In this document: positions 9,440-18,505 of the stretch, in pieces
Numbering within the stretch: the stretch's first letter is position 1
Layout: each line of letters starts with the position of its first letter
Sequence record: NZ_CP025192.1
Origin: a plasmid
Reading direction: 5' to 3' (one strand)
Length of the DNA stretch: 64,000 nucleotides
Program-made: the position numbers and the translations under genes
The notes under the pieces: model-generated
What the model was told of the DNA's origin: nothing
Seen by the model: the letters and a program-made list of their open reading frames with translations, nothing else
Database searches by the model: none

Positions 9440-10095
9440 GCGGCCTCCGGGCGGTGGTGGATCATCCTGGGCGCGCCCCAGGCGCGCAGCAGGTCCGGAT
9501 AGATGTCCTCCTTGCCGCGCGGCATCCGGCCGAGCGGCAGCAGGCGGACGCCGCCAAGGAGGTAGGCCCGGTCCTGGTAGGCGCGCGGCGCGAGGCCGAG
9601 CAGCGCGGCGCCGAGCACCGCCGGATCGTGGGTCAGGAGCTTGCTGGCGCAGATCGCCTGGCGGGCCCGGAACGCGGTCAGGGCCCGCCAGGCGGCGATG
9701 GTGGCCGGGCTTTCCCGGCGTGGCAGGATGTCGAGCGTCGGATCGTCGCCCGCCTCCAGCAAGGAGAGCTGGGCGGCGCGCGCGACGGCGAACAGCGCCT
9801 GCTGGCTCATCTCCGGCAGCCAGATCAGGGTCGCGGATCCCTCGGCCGCCGCGGTGTCGAGGTGCTGCGTGAGATGGCAGAGGGTACAGGCCACGGCGAG
9901 GTTGCCGGGCGCGGCGTCGGCCTCGTCGCCGTTCAGGTGGAACCATTCCTGCCGGCCCGCGGCGAGGGCGCCGCAGAACCGGCAGGGAATGTCGGGCACC
10001 GGGGCGGGGTCCACCTTGGTCGCCCGCCGCTCCCGGCAGGCCGCGCCGCCCCAGGAGGACGTATGCGACGACAGCAGGAGCGGCGGGAAACGCAT
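9436..10095 (-). CDS. icmJ: IcmJ/DotN-like cysteine-rich (Zn-binding) protein, 220 aa.
   Basis: Cys motifs CRFCGALA ... CTLCHLTQH; size; located immediately upstream of icmB as in Legionella (icmD-icmJ-icmB). Confidence 0.5.
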   Translation of the reverse strand: MRFPPLLLSSHTSSWGGAACRERRATKVDPAPVPDIPCRFCGALAAGRQEWFHLNGDEADAAPGNLAVACTLCHLTQHLDTAAAEGSATLIWLPEMSQQALFAVARAAQLSLLEAGDDPTLDILPRRESPATIAAWRALTAFRARQAICASKLLTHDPAVLGAALLGLAPRAYQDRAYLLGGVRLLPLGRMPRGKEDIYPDLLRAWGAPRMIHHRPEAA

Positions 10096-10111
10096 GGTGG
10101 GAGGCCCCGGC

Positions 10112-10546
10112 TCAGTTGAAGGTGACGACCGAGTTGGTGCCGCTGACCGTCGCGGAGCCACCGGAGGCGGTCTGCGCTGCCTTGCCGATCCAGACGCCGC
10201 CGGTGGCGAAGAGGCCGCAGAGCACGATGCCGGCGAGGCCCATGGCGACCTTGCCGCCCTCGCGGTTCTGCGGCTGGCGCGACTGCCACAGGGCCCAGGC
10301 GCCGCCGATCAGGCAGATCAGCGCCGCGACGTACATCGCCATGGAGCCGAGGTTGCCGCCGGCGGTGGCCGCCTCCTGCGCCATGGTGCCGACCTGGCCG
10401 CCGATGGTGTTGGCGGCCTGGGCGAAGGCGTTGCCGGAGAAGAACGCCCCCATGGCCGCCGCCATCAGCGCCAGCCCGACGCGGCGGCGCAGGATCGCGC
10501 CCTGGGGGCGCGGGGCGAGGGTGGTCTTGTGGGAGATGATCGACAC
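10112..10546 (-). CDS. icmD: IcmD/DotP-like small membrane/secreted protein (about 145 aa).
   Basis: GTG start at 10546 with a GGAAAG ribosome-binding site; signal-like N-terminus (RRR then VGLALMAAAMGAFFSGNAFA); second hydrophobic segment; paralogue of the next gene; position before icmJ. Confidence 0.4.
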   Translation of the reverse strand: MSIISHKTTLAPRPQGAILRRRVGLALMAAAMGAFFSGNAFAQAANTIGGQVGTMAQEAATAGGNLGSMAMYVAALICLIGGAWALWQSRQPQNREGGKVAMGLAGIVLCGLFATGGVWIGKAAQTASGGSATVSGTNSVVTFN

Positions 10547-10647
10547 GATGATCGCTTTCCTGTTCAGGGCCGGGGCGCCGTCGGCGACCCTGCGATGATG
10601 CTGTGCGAGGTCCTTGCGAACGGCGCGCAGGATTTTTCGCGCGATCC

Positions 10648-11175
10648 TCAGGCGAACAGCGCGGCGAGGAAGGTCGCCAGCGGCAGCACGTTGATGAGCA
10701 TGACGCCAAAGACGAACTGCACGAGGCAGCCACCCTGCGGCCGGCGGCTGATGCCGCGCATCACCGCCCACCAGGCGAACACGGCCATCAGCGCCATCAT
10801 CGCGCCGAAGGCCTGGAAGAAACCCTGGAAGATGGTGACGACGTTGACGACGGTCTCGGCGGGAGTGGCACCCAGGGCGCCGCTGGCGCTCGGCACGTAG
10901 CCGAAGGCGCCGCCGGTGCCGACGATGATGGACGAGCCGCCGCTGCGGTTGGCCATGGTCAGGATGCCGTCGAAGCTGGCGAAGACGCCGCTCAGCACCA
11001 GCGACACCCAGGGGATCCAGGGCTTGCCCCGGAAGGGGTTGTGCGGTTGCGCCTGCTGCCAGAAGCCCCAGGCGCCGAAAAGGAAGGCGGCGATGGCCGC
11101 CAGGTAGCAGAAGGCGGGGACGAGGAAGGTGATCGCGCCACCGACATCGGCCGCGAAGTTGGCGAGGCCCTGCAT
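10648..11175 (-). CDS. icmC: IcmC/DotE-like polytopic small membrane protein (175 aa).
   Basis: Four hydrophobic helices; paralogous to the icmD-like gene; position between dotF-like and icmD-like genes as in Legionella region II. Confidence 0.4.
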   Translation of the reverse strand: MQGLANFAADVGGAITFLVPAFCYLAAIAAFLFGAWGFWQQAQPHNPFRGKPWIPWVSLVLSGVFASFDGILTMANRSGGSSIIVGTGGAFGYVPSASGALGATPAETVVNVVTIFQGFFQAFGAMMALMAVFAWWAVMRGISRRPQGGCLVQFVFGVMLINVLPLATFLAALFA

Positions 11176-11186
11176 GGTGGCGCGTC

Positions 11187-12584
11187 CTACTGGATGGAGC
11201 CGCGCTCAGCGCGCACGACCCAGGTCGCGCCCTGCTGCGCGATGGCGGTGATGCGGCCGTAGCCCGGCACCCGGTCACCGACGGCGACCTGGAGCTGGGT
11301 GCCGGACTCGCCGGTGTTGTCCACCTCGGAGAGCATGGCGAGCCCGGGAGAGGCCGCCTGGACCCGGTAGCGGCGCCTCACGGTGTCGCTGGGAGCCGGG
11401 GTCCGCGACGCGGCGGCGGTGACCGGCGGTGCCGGGGCGGGAGCTGCTGCCAGAGGCATTGGCGCCGGCGGCACCGGCGAACCCATGGCGGCCGCCACGG
11501 AGCCGCGCGCCTCGGCGAGTGCCACGCGACGCGAGAGATCGGCCGTGGCGGCATCGAGGCGCTCCCGGGCGGCCGCCATGTCCGCGCGCAGCTGCCGGTT
11601 CTCCTCGCGTAGGTCGCGCACCATGGTCCCGATCGTCGTCACCAGCCCCAGCACCTCGACCTGCTGCGGCGTGCTCATCGGTGCCGGGCGCAACCCGGCC
11701 GCCACGGTGACCGGATCGGGCGTCGCGAACTGGCTGGCTACCGTCGCGGGGGCCGGCACCGGGATGACCGTCAGGGGCGCCGGCGTGGTCACGACCCCCG
11801 CCGCCCTTGCCGGGGGTGCGGCGGACGCCACGGCGGCTGGGGGCGGCTCCGCCGCGGCGGTGGCTGCGGGTGTGCTGGTCGTCACGGACGGGATGACCGC
11901 GGTCGGCGGCGTCTGGATCGGGGCAGGGTCGGCAGGCGCCGTGACCATGGCAGGGCGCGGCGTGGTCACCTCGGGGGGCGTGCCGCCGGTTGCCACGGGC
12001 GGCCGGGCGGGGACTTCCCCGATCCGGGGTGCCAGTGGCGTCGGTTCCACGATGCGGCGAGCGGGCGGCGAGGCGGCCGGCGTGGGAAGGTTGCCTTCGG
12101 CCGTGGCCGGCGCGGGGCGGGCAGGGTTGGCCTGGAAGCCCACGATCTCCTGCAACTGCTGCTGCGGCGGGGCCGGGCGGTGCCGCTCGCGCTCGACCGG
12201 CGGCACCGACACCGGCGCGGGGCCGGCGGCGATCCGCGCCGAGGGCGCGACCAGCTCGGGGCCATGCGGCGCGATGACCTGCCGGGCGCCTTCCATCGCA
12301 CCCTGCAGGCTCGCCGACACTCGCCGGAGGTCGAGGGGATAGATCGTGTTGTAGGGGGACGCCAGGAAGGCACCACCCGCGAGCAGCAGCACGGCACCGA
12401 GGGCCACACCACCGAGGAGGCGGCTGCGCCTCCTGGCGCGAGGGGCGGGCTTCGCCGGGCTTATCGCCTCGCTAGGCCGCTGCGGAGGCTCCTGCGGCGC
12501 ACCGGGGCTCGACGGGCCCGCCGGGCCCGGCGCGTCCGCGGTCAGCGGCCGGAAATCGGGATGCGCGACGAGGTGGGTGTCCAT
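11187..12584 (-). CDS. dotF: DotF/IcmG (TraP)-like bitopic inner-membrane protein with a Pro/Ala-rich linker and coiled coil (466 aa).
   Basis: ATG 12584 (MDTHLVAHPDF...); TM helix LLGGVALGAVLLLAGGAFLA; long proline-rich periplasmic region; coiled-coil (QQVEVLGLVTTIGTMVRDLREENRQLRADMAAARERL); the upstream box lies about 45 nt upstream. Confidence 0.4.
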   Translation of the reverse strand: MDTHLVAHPDFRPLTADAPGPAGPSSPGAPQEPPQRPSEAISPAKPAPRARRRSRLLGGVALGAVLLLAGGAFLASPYNTIYPLDLRRVSASLQGAMEGARQVIAPHGPELVAPSARIAAGPAPVSVPPVERERHRPAPPQQQLQEIVGFQANPARPAPATAEGNLPTPAASPPARRIVEPTPLAPRIGEVPARPPVATGGTPPEVTTPRPAMVTAPADPAPIQTPPTAVIPSVTTSTPAATAAAEPPPAAVASAAPPARAAGVVTTPAPLTVIPVPAPATVASQFATPDPVTVAAGLRPAPMSTPQQVEVLGLVTTIGTMVRDLREENRQLRADMAAARERLDAATADLSRRVALAEARGSVAAAMGSPVPPAPMPLAAAPAPAPPVTAAASRTPAPSDTVRRRYRVQAASPGLAMLSEVDNTGESGTQLQVAVGDRVPGYGRITAIAQQGATWVVRAERGSIQ

Positions 12585-12664
12585 GAGACGATCCTGCTGG
12601 GCGTTGGCCCGCAGGATCGTCCACCCCGACGCGAACGGCGCCCGGGAAAGCCACCGGCCAGGCG

Positions 12665-13975
12665 TCAGTCGGCGGCGCGCAGATCCTGTAGGAACATGAT
12701 CCCGACCGGTGCATTGGCGGCGAGATGGATGGTCGGGCCGCGCGGCGCCGCCTGTTCCAGTGCCCGGCCAACCTGCTGCGCGGCGACGCCGGCACCGACC
12801 GCGAGCTGCTGCTCCGGGTTGAGGCGGGTGATGAAGGAGGTGCCACCCAGGGGGTTGAGCTGCCCATAGGTGTTCGAGGTGGTCGCGACGGCCTGGCCGA
12901 GCCCGGCGATGAAGGCCGCGGCGGCGGGCAGCACGAAGCGCTCCAACATCCGCTGGTCGACGTTGGTGGCCACCGCGGTCTCCATGCTGTCGGGGGCCAC
13001 CACGATGCCGTCGGCCTGGATGGTCTGACCCTGGTACTGCACACGCGTGACGCGGACGACGAGGCGGTTGCTCTGCCCGGCCCGGTTGAAGCTGCCGATC
13101 AGGCGAGCGCCCGCGATGGGGCCGCTGTCGGCCTGCAGCACGATGGGACCGCCCGTCTCCGAGCTGACCGCCAGCACGGTGTGGGCATAGAGACCCCGCC
13201 CGGCCGGCATCAACACACGGCCCTGGCGCACGCTGCCGCCGGGGAGGGCGCCATCCGTCTCCGTGGTCGCCGGGCGCGTGACACGGCCGGCGGAAGCCGG
13301 TCGGGCGAAGGCACCTGCGCCGTCCCGGCCGTCCTCGGCGGCGGCGGATGGCGCGAGGGTCACGGTGGTCTGCCCCGGGCGACCCTGCCAGCCGCCGAAC
13401 AGCCCATTCACCGCGGCGCGGAAGGCCGGATCGTCGGCCGGCGTCGTCGGCGTATTCGTTTGGGCGACTGTGCGGATCGGGTTCGGGGAGGGGGTCGCGC
13501 GCATCGGCGGAGGCGCGTAGAGCAGGGCCGGGGGCGGTGCCTCCACCGTGGCCGGTCGCACGGCCGGCGGGGAGACAACCGGTGCCGCCGGCGCGGGCGT
13601 TGCGATCGCGGCCGGGAGCTGGACGGGCGGCGGCAGCTGCAGATCCGGCGGAATGCCGCGCTGGCTGGCGTTGATCGGGGGCGTGAAGGACCGTCCAGCC
13701 TGCTGCGCTCGCTCGGCTTGCCGCTGGTTGTCGGCCACCGCGAGGCGGTCCTGGTAGGGGTTGCTGTTGGGACCACCCGGCAGCGTGTTGACCGGGGTCT
13801 GCCGCGCCGCGCGGCTTTCCGCGGGGGGCTCGGTGGAGCCGAGTGCCGCCCAGATGGCGGTGCCCACCACGGTCGCGCCGAGGGCGGCGATCCCGGCGAG
13901 CCGCATCGGCCCGGCGCCGAGGGCGCGGTTGAAGGGGTTGCGCAGCACCCTGCGCCGGATGGCGGCGTCGGACAT
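12665..13975 (-). CDS. dotG: DotG/IcmE (TraO)-like protein with a VirB10-like C-terminal domain, 436 aa.
   Basis: ATG 13975 overlaps the dotH stop (TGATG); TM helix then Pro-rich spacer then conserved C-terminal beta-rich domain; length matches IncI TraO (about 430 aa). Confidence 0.45.
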   Translation of the reverse strand: MSDAAIRRRVLRNPFNRALGAGPMRLAGIAALGATVVGTAIWAALGSTEPPAESRAARQTPVNTLPGGPNSNPYQDRLAVADNQRQAERAQQAGRSFTPPINASQRGIPPDLQLPPPVQLPAAIATPAPAAPVVSPPAVRPATVEAPPPALLYAPPPMRATPSPNPIRTVAQTNTPTTPADDPAFRAAVNGLFGGWQGRPGQTTVTLAPSAAAEDGRDGAGAFARPASAGRVTRPATTETDGALPGGSVRQGRVLMPAGRGLYAHTVLAVSSETGGPIVLQADSGPIAGARLIGSFNRAGQSNRLVVRVTRVQYQGQTIQADGIVVAPDSMETAVATNVDQRMLERFVLPAAAAFIAGLGQAVATTSNTYGQLNPLGGTSFITRLNPEQQLAVGAGVAAQQVGRALEQAAPRGPTIHLAANAPVGIMFLQDLRAAD

Positions 13976-14949
13976 CAGCGTTCCTCGCGCAGCTCGGCCG
14001 AGACCGTGCGGTTGTTGACGGAGAGCAGCACGACCGGCGTCTGCGCCAGTGCGTAGACCGTGGTTCCACCCTCGCCGTACTGCGAGGCGTCCCAGGGCGG
14101 CGACAGCAGGGTGTGGCGCGTGCGCAGGTAGAGCTGGCTGCCCAGCCGCCAGGCCCGCACGTCGTCGGGCGAGACACCGCTGACGGCGAGGGGCACGGCA
14201 TCGGCCGGGGCCACGCCGGAGAGCATGGCGGTCAGGTAGGGGGCGCCGGTCACGGGCGCGCCCGGACGGGTGTCGATCTGAATGCGGGCGTTCGGCCCTC
14301 GGTTGGAGACGTGGATGCTGACATCCGCGTCGTAGCGCGACTGGCCGGCCACCAGCAGGAAGGAGATCGGCTTGGGCGCCCCCTGCAGGTTGACCAGCAG
14401 GCCGCCGCGCGGCGCCACGGACATCGGCGTGATCTGGATGGTGTTGGAGCCGCGCACCGGGACGCAGACATGGAAACCCGTCAGGTCGGCAGACGGCCCT
14501 CCGGGGCCGGCGGGTCCGGCATTGGGCGAGGTCGAGCAGCCGCCGACGCCGGCACCGCCGCCGCCCGAGACGTTGGCGTTGTTGGAGTTGGTATCCCAGG
14601 CGATGGGCCATGGCTGGCCGGTGTTGTCGAAGAAGCTGAGCGCGGTGGGGTAGCCGCGCACGGTCTGCACGATGGAGGTCGGCTGGCCGGGCTGGAAGCC
14701 GACATTCACCGGCCGGCTCACGGGCGCCGCCACGATGGCGACGCTCTCCTCCTGGGCGCGGCGCACCTCGCCGTAGCGGCGCGCCAGCTCGCGGATCATC
14801 TCCGGGGTGAGCGGGATCGCGTCCTCCAGGATGCGGTCGCGCGTGGCGGCCCGATCCGCCGGGCTCGGCGGTGGCGGCGCCTGGGCCGATGCGGCAGCGG
14901 CGAGCACGGAGCCCGCGGCAAGGCCAAGGATGGCGTGACGGACATGCAC
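13975..14949 (-). CDS. dotH: DotH/IcmK (TraN)-like secreted outer-membrane-complex protein, 324 aa.
   Basis: Signal peptide MHVRHAILGLAAGSVLAAAASAQA; size matches TraN/IcmK; position between icmL and dotG as in Legionella. Confidence 0.5.
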   Translation of the reverse strand: MHVRHAILGLAAGSVLAAAASAQAPPPPSPADRAATRDRILEDAIPLTPEMIRELARRYGEVRRAQEESVAIVAAPVSRPVNVGFQPGQPTSIVQTVRGYPTALSFFDNTGQPWPIAWDTNSNNANVSGGGGAGVGGCSTSPNAGPAGPGGPSADLTGFHVCVPVRGSNTIQITPMSVAPRGGLLVNLQGAPKPISFLLVAGQSRYDADVSIHVSNRGPNARIQIDTRPGAPVTGAPYLTAMLSGVAPADAVPLAVSGVSPDDVRAWRLGSQLYLRTRHTLLSPPWDASQYGEGGTTVYALAQTPVVLLSVNNRTVSAELREER

Positions 14950-14969
14950 GAGAGGAGCTCCTGATCCGG

Positions 14970-15599
14970 CTATCGGGCGATGGCGACCAGCTGGTCGATC
15001 ATCAGGCCGTCCGGACGATCCTCGTCGTTGGTGCGAACGACGACCGTCGAGATGGTCAGGTTGGTCTGGCTCGTCTGCTGCGAGTTCTCGCAGGTCTGCA
15101 CGATGGGAAACTGCACCGTGTGGCTCAGGCGCCCCCGCACGATCTGCGTGTCGGCGATGGTGGCGGCGCGCTGCGCCTGGGCGTAGCAGACCATGCGCCC
15201 GGCCTTCATCGCCTCGAAGTTGCCGCTGGCTTGGTAGCTACGGGCGAAGCTGTTCCAGCCCTGCAGCGAGAAGCGCCGTCCCGCCGTGTTCAGCTGCGTC
15301 GGGTAGTCGTGATAGTTGACATTATAGGCGGCGAGCACCGCCCGGACCGTCCATTCCAGCAGCTGCGCGTCATCCACGACGGGGCTTTCGAGCGCGCGGA
15401 TCGGCCGCGGCGGGTTGCGACCGTCGACCAGGAAGTAGCGGGTTTCGCTGGGGCGTGTCTGCAGCCAGTAGGAATGCGCCAGCGCCGAGAGGGTGACGAC
15501 GGACATGGCGACCGTCAGGAGGGTGAGGCGATTGACCAGGCGTCCCTGGAACTCCGGATCGCTCAGCCGGTGACTGATCGCCGTGCGCGCATTCTGCAT
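14970..15599 (-). CDS. icmL: DotI/IcmL (TraM)-like VirB8-fold inner-membrane protein, 209 aa.
   Basis: One N-terminal TM helix (LTLLTVAMSVVTLSALA) plus periplasmic domain; 209 aa (IcmL is 212 aa); first structural gene after the regulators. Confidence 0.55.
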   Translation of the reverse strand: MQNARTAISHRLSDPEFQGRLVNRLTLLTVAMSVVTLSALAHSYWLQTRPSETRYFLVDGRNPPRPIRALESPVVDDAQLLEWTVRAVLAAYNVNYHDYPTQLNTAGRRFSLQGWNSFARSYQASGNFEAMKAGRMVCYAQAQRAATIADTQIVRGRLSHTVQFPIVQTCENSQQTSQTNLTISTVVVRTNDEDRPDGLMIDQLVAIAR

Positions 15600-15663
15600 G
15601 ACAAGGTTCCATCCTGATGACGGAATCCTCGGTCATGGTGATGCGAACAGCCACGGATCGCCG

Positions 15664-16797
15664 CTAATGGTCCAGGTTGGATACCTCTCGCTGGTAGCCG
15701 CTCGACCGCTTGGTGAGTGGGGCGACATAGGTCCATCGGTTGCCGAAGAACAGACGACCCGCATGCTTGTGGCATTGACGGACCTCCATTCCGGCCTCGT
15801 GCAGCCGCCTGCGCGCCAGGTCGGGGTCATAGGTGTCGGTCAGCTCCTCCCGCGGCCGTGGCGGGACATTCATCAGGTGCAGCCGCGATACGACGGCGCT
15901 GAAGGGAATGCCGAGATCGCGGGCGACGGCGCGCGGGTGCTGGCCGGCCCAGCGGGTGCTCGCGAGGTAGAGTTCGAGGCGTGGCGTCCAGGCCACCTGA
16001 CCGCGGCTGGCGCGCACCTCGACGGCGAGCGGCAGGCCATCGAAGCCCGTCAGCGTCCGGACGCGCCGCATCCCGGCCTCCGGCGTGGGGAGGGGGGCCA
16101 TCTCCGCCTGGGTATCGGCCTGCTGCAGGCCACTCGTCCTGCGCCCGGACACCGCCGCGGTGGGAGCCTCGACGGGGGACAGGGTGCAGATGACCTGCGC
16201 GCGCCTCCGAGACGTCAGGATCGGGGGCTGTGCGACGGGGGAGTGGCTCACGATCGGCGGCAATGCCTGACTGCCGCCCGCGAGAGATGATCCGGCTCTG
16301 GGGGCTGCAGCGGCCTGTCGGGCCTCGCCCATCTCGCCGACCGCGCGGATCGTGGGGCGACGGATGTCGCCTCGCCGGCGGCTCGGGAGGCCGAGGCGTC
16401 GGCTCAGGGCGTAGATGCCACCCCGGGAGCGCCCGAAGGTGTCGGCCATGCTGCCGCCGTCCCAATTGGCGATCCAGCACTCGATGAATAGTGATAGATC
16501 ACTGGTCTTCCAGGCACGAGGATGGTTGCTTCGCCGCATGGGATGATCGGGCGGCGTGGCCATCCCGCATGCCACGACACGCTCCAGAATGAAGGCGACG
16601 GTCACGCCGAGGCAGCATTGCAGGGCTTCCAGGCCGTGTCCCTTCGCGATCATCGCTGCGAGAACCCGGTCGAACCTCCAGTTGGAGACCGTGCCCGCCC
16701 CGCTTGGTGCCGCGCCCTGGTTACCCTTCCTGCCGGCGACAGCGCCGCCGGAAATCTGCCCTGACATGCCCGAAGCCCCAGTCGTTCCCGGGCGCAC
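15664..16797 (-). CDS. Protein containing two to three tandem GcrA-like N-terminal DNA-binding repeats (start codon uncertain).
   Basis: Repeats WIANWDGGSMADTFGRSRGGIYALSRRLGL, LASTRWAGQHPRAVARDLGIPFSAVVSRLHLM and LAAMIAKGHGLEALQCCLGVTVAFILERVVACGM match the GcrA DBD signature (W..G.S...IA..LG..RNAVIGKVHRLGL); the first about 40 aa of the ORF are Gly-rich and may not be translated. Confidence 0.4.
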   Translation of the reverse strand: MRPGTTGASGMSGQISGGAVAGRKGNQGAAPSGAGTVSNWRFDRVLAAMIAKGHGLEALQCCLGVTVAFILERVVACGMATPPDHPMRRSNHPRAWKTSDLSLFIECWIANWDGGSMADTFGRSRGGIYALSRRLGLPSRRRGDIRRPTIRAVGEMGEARQAAAAPRAGSSLAGGSQALPPIVSHSPVAQPPILTSRRRAQVICTLSPVEAPTAAVSGRRTSGLQQADTQAEMAPLPTPEAGMRRVRTLTGFDGLPLAVEVRASRGQVAWTPRLELYLASTRWAGQHPRAVARDLGIPFSAVVSRLHLMNVPPRPREELTDTYDPDLARRRLHEAGMEVRQCHKHAGRLFFGNRWTYVAPLTKRSSGYQREVSNLDH

Positions 16798-16949
16798 ACT
16801 GTCACAACCGTGATCGAAGAAGCAATGAGAATTGGATTTAACCGAAGCGATTTGGCGTTGTTTTCGGCTCTATCGCAATCAAGAACCAGGGTTCCGTCCA
16901 TGGCCCTTAAGGCTATCCTACTGTATTCGCTGCCTTCAGGGGATCGGGA

Positions 16950-17444
16950 CTACCGCTTGCTGCGGCCACCATAGGGGTTCGATCGTGTTCGCATCGTCCG
17001 GGCTAACTGCACCAGACGATCGATTTCGGCCAGGACCGTATCGAGGTCCTCCAGACGGTGCCCCTCGTCGCTCTCCGGCTGAGATCTCCTGCCTGTCCTG
17101 CGGTCGGGCTCCGGCGCCGTGTCGCGCTGGCCCTCTGTCGCATAGATGGAAGGCAGCAGATCGGCCGGCTCGACGCCAAGGCTTCGGGCGATGCCGAGCA
17201 GGGTCTTGAGCGTGAGGTACTGCAGCCCGTTCTCGACCGAGAAGATCGTGGTGACCTGCAACCCGGCCTTCACGGCCAGCTCTGCCTGGGTCAGGGACTG
17301 TTCAGTCCGGATTTCCCTGATGCGTCTGCCCACGACGGCAAGATAGGGATCGACATCACGCTCCGCGCCGCGAGTGCGGCGAGACGGCGCCGAGGGTACG
17401 GCCGTTGGCGATTGGGTAACCGAGGCCTGCTCGGGCTTCTTCAT
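16950..17444 (-). CDS. XRE-family (Cro/CI-type) helix-turn-helix transcriptional regulator, 164 aa.
   Basis: HTH motif LAVVGRRIREIRTEQSLTQAELAVKAGLQVTTIFSVENG; first gene of the minus-strand T4SS operon. Confidence 0.6.
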   Translation of the reverse strand: MKKPEQASVTQSPTAVPSAPSRRTRGAERDVDPYLAVVGRRIREIRTEQSLTQAELAVKAGLQVTTIFSVENGLQYLTLKTLLGIARSLGVEPADLLPSIYATEGQRDTAPEPDRRTGRRSQPESDEGHRLEDLDTVLAEIDRLVQLARTMRTRSNPYGGRSKR

Positions 17445-17542
17445 CGGGGACAGGCCGCCCGGCCGTCACGCCCGGGCATCGGACGTCGTGGATGCCGTTC
17501 GCATCGGCGAAGGGCAGTGGAGGGAGAAGGAGAACCCACGCC

Positions 17543-17974
17543 ATGGCATTTCCCCCGGTCGTCCTGTTGACCTTGCAACTCCTGCACCCCTCCACTGTCC
17601 CGGTTACCCCGGTCGACTTCCGTTTGATGCCATCCGGCGCCGTCGTGGCGGAATCCGGCCATATGGATCAAGCGAATACACCCCATGGTAGCACCGATAC
17701 ATCGCAAACGCCCACCCGCCGCTCATCGCGGCCGGCGGCCGGCGATGCCGGGCCCGCCAGGATGCAGGGCTACGGCACTGATATCCCACTGTCATTTGCC
17801 GTCCGGCAGATCGTCCCGAGGGGAATCAGGGTGGTCTACGGCCCCGGTGTGACACCCGAAACAACGGTTTCCTGGACCGGTGGCAAGGTCTGGTACGAGG
17901 TCCTGCGGGACGCCCTCAAGCCCCAGCGGCTTCGGCTGCTGCTCTCGGGGCAGACCGCCACCATCGCCCGCTAG
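17543..17974 (+). CDS. Hypothetical secreted protein (143 aa).
   Basis: ATG 17543 preceded by GGAGGGAGAAGGAGAA; hydrophobic N-terminus MAFPPVVLLTLQLL; conserved box CCGTTCGCATCG about 37 nt upstream. Confidence 0.4.
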   Translation: MAFPPVVLLTLQLLHPSTVPVTPVDFRLMPSGAVVAESGHMDQANTPHGSTDTSQTPTRRSSRPAAGDAGPARMQGYGTDIPLSFAVRQIVPRGIRVVYGPGVTPETTVSWTGGKVWYEVLRDALKPQRLRLLLSGQTATIAR

Positions 17975-18046
17975 GCCGGGTGGCTGGCACGCCGTTCGCG
18001 TCGCGCCCTGCCAGCCTGTGCCCTCCTTGGAGAGTGGAGGGGCACC

Positions 18047-18505
18047 GTGCCCGACCTGGAGCGAGATGGCGTCTTGGAATGGGTCCGGCGCGCCGAGCCC
18101 GCCGTGGCGGCGATGGTGGCGGGACTGATCCGGTCCGTGGAGGACGATCCGGCCGTGCTGCCGCTGCTGACCGCATTTGGCCAGCATCTCGATAAGGATG
18201 CCGGCGGCGGCGGCAGCCTCGCCGGCCTTTTCACCGACGAGGGCCTGCATCTCCGGGAGGCCATGGCCCAGCTCGGCGTCGCACGGCTGCTGCGGCTGCT
18301 CGCCTGGTTCGACGAGGCGCCCGTGGGCCGCTTTCATCCCTGGCCCGAGGCCCTGCTGCGCGACGAAACCACCGAAGCCGGCGCCTGCCTTCGGGCCATG
18401 CTGGCGGCGCTGCACCGCCAGACCCTGCTGGAACGCCTGTTCGCCCCAGCGCGGCTGCAGCTGCTGGCCGAGGTCCTGGGCGAAGCCCGCCGGGAGGCCG
18501 CGTGA
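18047..18505 (+). CDS. Hypothetical protein (152 aa).
   Basis: GTG start with GGAGAGTGGAGGGG ribosome-binding site; conserved box CCGTTCGCGTCG about 45 nt upstream; stop overlaps the next start. Confidence 0.35.
   Translation: MPDLERDGVLEWVRRAEPAVAAMVAGLIRSVEDDPAVLPLLTAFGQHLDKDAGGGGSLAGLFTDEGLHLREAMAQLGVARLLRLLAWFDEAPVGRFHPWPEALLRDETTEAGACLRAMLAALHRQTLLERLFAPARLQLLAEVLGEARREAA

Noticed and set aside
6407-9502. 1031-aa plus-strand ORF antisense to icmB, and many other long overlapping ORFs across the window (for example 759-1244, 11383-12342, 12725-14056, 36143-37351, 26161-27168).
   Set aside because: High-GC DNA lacks stop codons in several frames. These ORFs have Arg/Gly/Ala/Pro-rich junk translations, no start or RBS context, and overlap well-supported genes on the opposite strand.
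10116-10598. Plus-strand 160-aa ORF overlapping icmD.
   Set aside because: It is antisense to a coupled, box-preceded minus-strand gene in the middle of the operon and has no RBS.
16985-16996. Oppositely oriented copy of the box (GTGTTCGCATCG) counted as an upstream box of the GcrA-like gene.
   Set aside because: It lies inside the last codons of the XRE gene and is in the reverse orientation relative to the downstream gene. It is noted but not counted among the 11 oriented copies; it could still be an operator half-site.
17976-18003. Sigma-54-like promoter TGGCAC-N5-TCGC overlapping the conserved box before ORF 18047.
   Set aside because: The GG-N10-GC spacing fits only this copy and the dotD copy. 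The other box instances lack the -24 GG, so sigma-54 does not explain the recurring motif.
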